DNA of 64,000 nucleotides from Burkholderiales bacterium (GTDB lineage Bacteria; Pseudomonadota; Gammaproteobacteria; Burkholderiales; SG8-39): NCBI GenBank assembly GCA_049651845.1, contig JBASCW010000023.1, positions 111 to 64,110 of the forward strand, read 5' to 3'. Shown piece by piece: positions 8,092 to 15,261 of this stretch (position 1 is its first letter; each line of letters starts with the position of its first letter). The notes under the pieces were generated by a model. It saw only the letters and a program-made list of their open reading frames with translations, ran no database searches and was not told where the DNA came from. The position numbers and the translations under genes were made by a program.

Positions 8092-8990
8092 CCTGACCGC
8101 CCCGTCACGGCGCGTGCTAGGGCTTCGCCGTCCTTCGCGCACGCGCCGCGCCGGGGCTACGCCTGTGCGCGATCGGCCGCCGTGCGTTCTGCGAGCATCG
8201 TGGACAGGCCGCAGCGGGCATCGAGCCCGCCGCGGCCTGGCAGGCGGCCGGGGTAAATGGGCGGAGCCCATTCAACATAACCGCGCGTTGCGTGCTGGCC
8301 GTCGCTCGCAGCTGAGCTGCTCCGCGCCCGCCAACGCGCGCAGCCTTGCGCGCTGCACGCAACGGTCGGTTATGTCTGGCGCCCCGGCCGCCTGCACGTG
8401 CACACCATGCGCAAGCGCATCGTGTGCACGCAAAGCGAGTCAGCGCGCCCGCGTGCAAGCACGCCGGCGCGAAGCGCACACGTCCCCCGGCCCGCCCAGC
8501 TCGCGCGCAACCTGTGCGCGCTCGCACCCGTCCGCCCCCGCAAGCGGGGGCTCCCCGTTAGCTGCGCAACTCGGGCGAGACCGCGAGGCGAGCGCGCAGC
8601 GCCGAGCCGAAGCGCTCGTTGCTCTTGCCTGGCGGTGACGGCGAAGCCGTGACCGCACTGACTCGCTCTTAAGCGCGCAGGGTGGGTCACGCTGCGCGCG
8701 CTCGGCGGACCGGGGCGCAAGACATAACCGTGTCTTGCATGCACCGTGCGGCTAAAGCGAAGCGCAGGCCGTGCGGGTCGTGCCGCGCACGAGCAGCTAA
8801 GCTGCGAGCGCGGCACTGCCAGGCAAGAGCCGGTTATGTTGAACCGCGCTGGCAGCGCGGTTCACCCCGGGCTGCCGACTACGGCCGCCGCACAACGATG
8901 AAGGTGAACGAACGCGACGACGTAGCTCTGGCGCGGCGCGTGCGCGAACGGCACGCAAGCCTTGCACGCGCCGTGACAGGGCGGCACAGG
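8092..8990. repeat. Long diverged non-coding inverted repeat (arms ~8092-8449 and ~8655-8990) made of conserved boxes and hairpins
   Basis: Exact inverted boxes: 8104-8117/8964-8977 (14 bp), 8134-8152/8930-8948 (19 bp), TTCAACATAACCG 8271-8283/8831-8843, AGCGAGTCAG 8434-8443/8658-8667. Confidence 0.85.
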
Positions 8991-9208
8991 ACAGGCGGCT
9001 AAGAGAACGACGTCGATCGCGTCGCACGTGATCGCACGTCGCGCGCACCGAATCGCTTGCGCCGGATCGCCTCCGCGGGCAAAAATGCGCCTCTAGGAAA
9101 AAAACGAATCCGGGAAGAGGCCCGCCTTCACTTTAGCTGCTGCAACTGCCGAGCGCGTCAAGGAAAAACGCCTACCGCTACGGCGAAACCGTGTCGGGCT
9201 CACTTGTT

Positions 9209-9906
9209 ACGTCGATCATCTGAATAGTCCCAGAGCCGTCTATAACGACCAGCAACAACTGGTCTGGCGGCATGACCAGGCTGAACCGTTCGGCAACAAT
9301 CCTCCGGATGAGAACCCCTCCGGCCTAGGAGCCTTCGAGTTCCCGCTGCGTGACGAGGGGACCTACGCGGATCGCGAGATGAATCTGCTCTACAACGTCG
9401 CGCGTTATCGCGATCTGGATGCGGGCCGGTTCATTCAGGCTGATCCGATCGGCCTGAGGGGCGGCGATCTCTCGCTGTATGTGCTCAGGGGGAACAATCC
9501 GTTGAGCTACACGGATCCACTCGGGGAGTTCGTGATTGCGCTTCCTGCCATTCCAGCAATTGGCGGCGCCATTGCAGAGGCGATCGTCGGTGGACTTGCA
9601 GCCGCTGCAATACTCTCTGTTCCGGGTGATACGAAGCAGGAAGCGAAAGGTGCAAAAGCGGCCGAAGGTCCAGCTACTGGAAAGGGTCGCTATTACTGCC
9701 AGGTGCGCTGCAACGTCTATCCGATCGGTGATTGTAAGACCTGCCCGGACATCGTCTTCGGCAATGGCTATGGTCGGACTGAGAATGAGGCATGGAATAA
9801 CGCTTGGGATTCCGCAAATGCCGGAGTACCGCAGGGCTGCGGCTATCGCCATTGCCATGGTGTTGGCGGCTCCTGCAAAGGGCGCACTGGCGGCAAGGCG
9901 AGGTAA
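9209..9906 (+). pseudogene. Orphan Rhs-associated core + Cys-rich CT2, with no start codon for the full core
   Basis: In-frame YVDHLNSPRAVYNDQQQLVWRHDQAEPFG...DPIGL...YTDPLGE, homologous to 1608-1927. Upstream in-frame stop at 9094-9096; first ATG is internal (9379). Confidence 0.85.
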
Positions 9907-9914
9907 GAGAGACC

Positions 9915-10448
9915 ATGCCGGCAAATTGGACGAAAGCACAGATCGCACGAGTCCGTGCTAGAGCAAAGGCCGGGGATTCGTCGGCACAGCGCGACCTCGC
10001 CACGATGCTGGCGAGTGGAGCCCTCGGTGCGCCGAACCATCGGCAGGCCTTCAAGTGGTATCTCAAATCTGCTGAGGCCGGCGACGATGACGCTCAATAC
10101 AATCTTGGGCTGATGTACATCCTTGGTGAAGGCGTGCGGAAGAACCGCGACACCGGTCTGCGCTGGCTCAAGGCGGCTGCACGTAATGAAAACGATGTTG
10201 CCGAGGAAGTCCTGGGCCAGATCTACGAGCGTGGGGCCTTCGGGTTCCGAAAGAATCTACGTGTGGCGCTGAAGTGGTATCGCGCTGCAGCTACGCGGGG
10301 TAACAACAAAGCCAAGTTTGGTCTCGGCCTTTGCCTGTCGTTGAAGGGCACGCCGTCGCAGAGAAAAGAAGGTGCGCGATTGATTCGTCAGGCGGCAAGA
10401 GCTGGCGTCGTTGACGCCAAGAAATACCTGACCGAGAAGCGCGCTTAG
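9915..10448 (+). CDS. Sel1-like repeat protein, candidate immunity protein for CT2
   Basis: Repeats A..GD..AQ..LG.MY..G.GV.KN...A..W...AA; ATG 9915 lies 8 nt after the CT2 stop. Confidence 0.8.
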   Translation: MPANWTKAQIARVRARAKAGDSSAQRDLATMLASGALGAPNHRQAFKWYLKSAEAGDDDAQYNLGLMYILGEGVRKNRDTGLRWLKAAARNENDVAEEVLGQIYERGAFGFRKNLRVALKWYRAAATRGNNKAKFGLGLCLSLKGTPSQRKEGARLIRQAARAGVVDAKKYLTEKRA

Positions 10449-10452
10449 TTCT

Positions 10453-10483
10453 GACGCCCGCCCTGCGCGGGCGTCGTTGTTTT
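10453..10483. terminator. Intrinsic terminator hairpin between convergent genes
   Basis: GACGCCCGC (10453-10461) / GCGGGCGTC (10467-10475) stem followed by GTTGTTTT. Confidence 0.6.
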
Positions 10484-10871
10484 ACCGGCTCGCCTGGGCG
10501 AGCATGGCCTCCAGTACTTCCATGACGGCGCGCTGCTTGGGCTTGGGGAGCGCGGAGAGGCGTTCGAGCTGCTGCTGGAGCTTAGGCGTGGGCCCGCGCT
10601 TGGCGGCCGGGCGCTGGTCCTCGCCGATCAGCACTTCGAGGCTGACGCCGAGCGCGCGCGCCAGGCGCGGCAGCAGCGAGGCGGGCACGCGCAGGCGCGC
10701 GACCTCGTAGGAGGCGACCTGCTGCTGGGTGGTGCCGATCGCCTCGGCGAGGGCCTGCTGGGTGAGCCCCTGTTCCTTCCTCAGCTGGGCGATGCGCTCG
10801 GCCAGTTCGCGAAAGAACCTCTTCTCCTCTTGCGACATCGTATCGACGGTCGGGTGCGTGATCGGTGTCAT
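10482..10871 (-). CDS. XRE-family HTH repressor (module 2); start at 10871 or 10838
   Basis: LAERIAQLRKEQGLTQQALAEAIGTTQQQVASYE HTH; C-terminus resembles XRE1 (L..QLE.L..LP..KQR.V.EV). Confidence 0.88.
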   Translation of the reverse strand: MTPITHPTVDTMSQEEKRFFRELAERIAQLRKEQGLTQQALAEAIGTTQQQVASYEVARLRVPASLLPRLARALGVSLEVLIGEDQRPAAKRGPTPKLQQQLERLSALPKPKQRAVMEVLEAMLAQASR

Positions 10872-10901
10872 GAGGATAAGGGTGGGCACGCGGTATTGCG
10901 G

Positions 10902-10929
10902 TTGACTCTACACCAACATGGTGTAATCT
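10902..10929 (+). promoter_or_regulatory. sigma70-like promoter with palindromic operator (module 2)
   Basis: TTGACT 10902-10907 and TAATCT 10924-10929; perfect TACACC-N5-GGTGTA at 10909-10925. Confidence 0.55.
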
Positions 10930-10990
10930 GCCACTCGAATTAAAAACTTCCAAACCCCCTTGACAGGTTTTTAGCCGGAGGCCCGATTCG

Positions 10991-13900
10991 ATGGCGCGCA
11001 TCCCCGAGGAAGAGATCGAACGCATCAAGCGCGAGGTATCGCTCGAGCGGCTGGTGGAGGCCTCGGGGGTGGAGCTGAAGAAGAAGGGCAAGGATCTCTT
11101 CGGCCGCTGCCCCTTCCACGCACCCGACGAGACGCCGAGCTTCTCGGTGACGCCGGCAAAGAATCTGTGGAATTGCCTGGGTGCGTGCAACGAAGGCGGC
11201 GACGTGTTCGCCTGGGTGATGAAGCGAAACGGCGTGAGCTTCCGCCACGCCTACGAGCTGCTGCGCGAGGGCTTGGGCGCGGTGGGCACCTCGCCGGTGA
11301 AGAAGACGACCGTGCGCGCCTTGCCGGCGCCGGTGTCCTTCGATGCGGACGACCAGGCGCTGCGCAACCAGGTGGCGCTCGTCTACTACACAGGCGAGCT
11401 GAAACGCTCGCCCGAGGCCCTGGCCTACCTTAAGTCGCGCGGCATCGATCACCCCGAGGCGATCGAGAAGTTCCGACTCGGCTTCGCCAACCGCACCCTT
11501 GGCCTTCGCCTGCCGAACAGCCAGCGTGTCACCGGGAGCCAGATCCGCGAGCGGCTGCAGCGCGTGGGGATCCTGCGCGAGTCCGGGCACGAGCACTTCA
11601 ACGGCTCGCTCGTCATCCCTGTCGTAGATGAGGCGGGGAACGTGGTCGAGATGTACGGGCGGAGGATCGTGCGGCCGGCGAGCACGCGCGCGGCGAAGCA
11701 TCTGTACCTGCCCGAGGAGTGCCGTGGGCCGTCGCGCGGGGTGTGGAACGTCGATGCGCTCATGGCCTCGAAGGAGATCATCCTCTGCGAAGCGCTGATC
11801 GATGCGCTGACCTTCTGGTGCGCGGGCTATCGCAACGTGACGAGCGCTTACGGTGCCGGCGTGTTCACCGAGGAAATGCTCGGTGCGATGAAGCGCCACG
11901 GCACCGAGCGCGTGCTGATCGCTTACGACCGGGACGAGCCGGGAGACAAAGGCGCGGCAGAGGTTGCCGAGCGCCTTACCGCCGCAGGGATCGAGTCCTG
12001 GCGCGTCGAGTTCCCGAAGGGGATGGACGCGAACGAGTACGCGCTGAAGGTGCAGCCCGCGGCGAAATCGCTCGGCATCGCGATCCGCAAAGCGCTGTGG
12101 CTTGGCAAGGGGAGAGCGCCCGAAGCCTTGCCCACGTCGGCGCCCGTGGTGATCGAGGCGGCGGCCCACGTCGAGCTGCCGGCGCCGGCAGTGGAAGAGC
12201 CTCGCGCGAGCGCGCGTGCGCGCGCGGCTTCTTCTTTAGCTGCTGAATTAGCTGCTAAGGAAAAAACCGAAACCCAGGACACCGCGCAGCCGCGCGTAGA
12301 GGCCTCGCCGGCGCCAGCGTCTCCCGTCGCGCCGGGACCGAGCGCGCCGGGCGACGAGGCCGAAGTGAGCGAGGCCGAGATCGCGCTCGCGTACGGTGAT
12401 CGCTCGTATCGCGTGCGGGGCCTGGCGAAGAACACGAGCTACGAGATCCTCAAGGTCAACGTCCTGGCCGCGCGCGGCGATCGCTTCCACGTGGACACGG
12501 TGGACCTGCGCAACTCGAAGCAGAGAACGTCCTACATCCAGCAGGCGGCGCTCGAACTGGAACTGCGCGAGGACATCGTCAAGGACGACCTGGGCAAGCT
12601 CTTCTTCAAGCTCGAAGCGATGCGCGACGAGGCGATCGAGCGCGCGATGGAACCGAAGGCGTCGCCAGCCGTCGCGATGGCTGAGCCCGAACGAGAGGCG
12701 GCGCTCGCGCTGCTGCGCTCGCCGCAGTTGATCGAGCGCATCCTCGTCGACCTGGAGGCCTGCGGGCTGGTCGGTGAGCGCACGAACAAGCTCGTGGGCT
12801 ATCTCGCCGCCACGTCGCGCAAGCTCGATTCACCGCTCGCGGTGCTGGTGCAGTCATCGAGCGCGGCGGGCAAATCGACGTTGATGGACGCGGTGCTCGC
12901 GATGATGCCGGAGGAAGAGCGCGTCAAATACAGTGCGATGACGGGACAGGCGCTCTTTTACGGCGAGGACCTCAAGCACAAGATCCTCGCCATCGTCGAA
13001 GAGGAAGGAGCCGCACGCGCATCCTATGCGCTGAAGCTCCTGCACTCCGAAGGCGAGCTGACGATCGCGAGCACCGGTAAGGACCCGGTGACGGGGAACC
13101 TCGTCACACAACCGTATCGCGTGGAAGGCCCGACGATGCTCTTTACGACGACGACTGCGGCCGAGATCGATCCGGAGTTGCAGAATCGCTGCCTGGTCCT
13201 CGCGGTGGACGAGTCGAGGGAACAGACGCAGGCGATCCATCGGCTGCAGAGGGACAAGCGCACGCTCGACGGCATGGCGCGCAAAGCGAAACGCAAAGAG
13301 CTTCAGCGCCTGCACCAGAACGCGCAGCGGCTCTTGAAACCGTTGGAAGTCCTGAACCCGTACTCCGACCGGCTCACCTTCCCGGACCAGGCGACGCGCA
13401 TGCGGCGCGATCACGAAAAGTACCTGACGCTGATCGATGTCATCGCGCTCGTGCACCAGCACCGGCGCGAGCTGCGGCTCACGGTGCGCGATGGCCAGCC
13501 GATCGAGTACGTCGAGGCGACTTTGGAAGACGTGGCGCTCGCCAACGAATTGGCGCACGAGGTGCTCGGGCGCTCGTTGGATGAATTGCCGCCGCAGACG
13601 CGCCGCGTGCTGGAAGCGGTCGACGCGTTCGTCGCGGCGCGCGCGAAGGCGCAGGCGATCGAACGGGCTCAGGTGCGCTTCAGTCGGCGCAAGCTGCGCG
13701 AGGCGACGAGCGTGGGCGACACGCAGCTGCGGCTGCACCTGGATCGCCTGGTTGAACTCGAATACGTGCTCACGCGGCGCGATGGCGCAGGCGGCCGTTT
13801 CGTCTACGAGCTCGTGTACGACGGCGCGGGGCAAGACGGGAAACCGTTCGTGCCGGGGCTGATCGACGTGGCGGCGCTCAAAGCCACGGCTACGACGGCG

Positions 13901-14150
13901 GAAGTCGCGGGAGTAAAGAGCGAACTCGCGGGGCGATTGCGGGGCGTTCGCGGCCCGATTGCGGGGGGGGCCGCGGGGCGAGCAAATCGCCGGAGAACCG
14001 CATGAATCGGGCGTCTCCGAGGAATCGACCCCGGAAACTGCAAAAACGCATAGCAAGAAGGGAAACGGTTCGGAGTCGTCGTACACGCAGAAACGCGTCC
14101 TACCCTTAGCTGCTGCCGGCGTCGGGGACGACGACGATGCTGCGCCGTAA
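10991..14150 (+). CDS. Primase/ATPase, module 2; frameshifted near the C-terminus (ends 14005 as written; homologous tail ends 14150)
   Basis: Close paralog of 3828-6962. The tail ...VLPLAAA...DDDAAP* is in another frame after the G8 run at 13963-13970. Confidence 0.85.
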
Positions 14151-15237
14151 GAAGGCCCGCGGCCGTCGCGCGCGCGACTGGGATCTGGCCGACAACGCGC
14201 TCACGCACGCCTACAACGAGTTCCTCGAATGGTCGGGCGTCACCGGCTGCACTGACGCCACGATCGAGACGCGCCGCCAGAGCTTGCGCGTGTTCCTGCT
14301 CTGGTGCGCCGAGCGCTCGATCGCCAAGCCCCAGGACCTGACGCTGCCGATCCTCGAGCGCTACCAGCGTTACCTCTATCACTACCGCAAGACCAACGGC
14401 GCACCGCTCGGGTTCATCTCGCAGAGATCGCGCCTCGTGCCGCTCAAGACCTTCTTCAAGTGGCTGACCCGGTCGCGGTTCATCCTCTACAACCCGGCCT
14501 CGGAACTCGTGCTGCCGCGACCGCCGAAGAGATTGCCCCGGCACATCTTCACCATGCAGGAGATCGAGACGATTGCGGGAAGCTGCGATCTGGCGACGCC
14601 GCAGGGGCTGCGCGATCGGGCGCTCCTGGAGCTGCTCTACTCAAGCGGCGTGCGCCGCATGGAGGCCGCGCGCTTGAAGGTGTACGACCTGGACCTGGAT
14701 GGCGGCGCGCTCTTCATCCGCGAAGGCAAGGGGCGCAAGGACCGCATGGCGCCAATCGGCGAGCGCGCCTGCCGGTGGCTGGCGAAGTACATCGCGGACG
14801 TGCGGCCTCAGCTCGTGGTCGAACCGGACGAGCAGTGGCTCTTCCTCACCGATTACGGCGAGCCGATGCTCAAGGACCGGCTCGGGCACCTGGTGCGCGG
14901 CTACATCGAGCGCGCCGGCTACACCTTCCCCGGGTCGTGTCACCTGTTTCGCCATGCGATGGCCACGCACATGCTGGAGAACGGGGCCGATATCCGCTTC
15001 ATCCAGGCGATGCTCGGGCACGCCAAGCTCACCACCACCGAGATCTACACCCAGGTGTCGATCCTGAAGTTGAAGGAGATCCACTCGGCCACGCACCCGG
15101 CGCGGCTGGGAGGCGCCAGGAGCGACGCGACGGCCTCAGGGAAGGCGAACCCCGCACCGGCCGACGAGAACGCGCGCAGCGCGCTTCTGGCCACGCTGGA
15201 GGCCGAAGGCGACGAGGAGGAAGCCGCAGCACCCTGA
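14137..15237 (+). CDS. XerC/XerD-like tyrosine recombinase, module 2
   Basis: Paralog of 6949-8082 with all catalytic motifs intact. Confidence 0.92.
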   Translation: MLRRKKARGRRARDWDLADNALTHAYNEFLEWSGVTGCTDATIETRRQSLRVFLLWCAERSIAKPQDLTLPILERYQRYLYHYRKTNGAPLGFISQRSRLVPLKTFFKWLTRSRFILYNPASELVLPRPPKRLPRHIFTMQEIETIAGSCDLATPQGLRDRALLELLYSSGVRRMEAARLKVYDLDLDGGALFIREGKGRKDRMAPIGERACRWLAKYIADVRPQLVVEPDEQWLFLTDYGEPMLKDRLGHLVRGYIERAGYTFPGSCHLFRHAMATHMLENGADIRFIQAMLGHAKLTTTEIYTQVSILKLKEIHSATHPARLGGARSDATASGKANPAPADENARSALLATLEAEGDEEEAAAP

Positions 15238-15261
15238 CCGCCCCGTCACGGCGCGTGCTAG

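Noticed and set aside
8270..8380. The chromosomal dif site
   Set aside because: Only a XerD-like arm matches; there is no XerC-like arm 6 bp away in duplex DNA.
6949..8990. Integron (IntI plus attC array)
   Set aside because: The recombinase lacks the IntI-specific insertion between the KDR and HxxR motifs. There are only two foldbacks, they are inverted, and no cassette ORFs lie between them.
9010..9018. ACGTCGATC as a third attachment-site copy
   Set aside because: Only 9 bp, and this word is common in GC-rich DNA (another occurs near 47416).
8114..9048. Track ORFs in the structured region (e.g. 8114..8638, 8117..8527, 8682..9002)
   Set aside because: Low-complexity Arg/Ala/Pro translations expected from GC-rich palindromic DNA; no recognisable domain or RBS.
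8092..9200. CRISPR array
   Set aside because: Repeats are inverted and unevenly spaced, with no repeat-spacer periodicity and no cas genes.
9379..9906. Stand-alone 175-aa gene starting at ATG 9379
   Set aside because: The ATG is internal to the Rhs core homology that begins at 9209 and has no well-placed RBS. Treated as an orphan, although low-level translation cannot be excluded.
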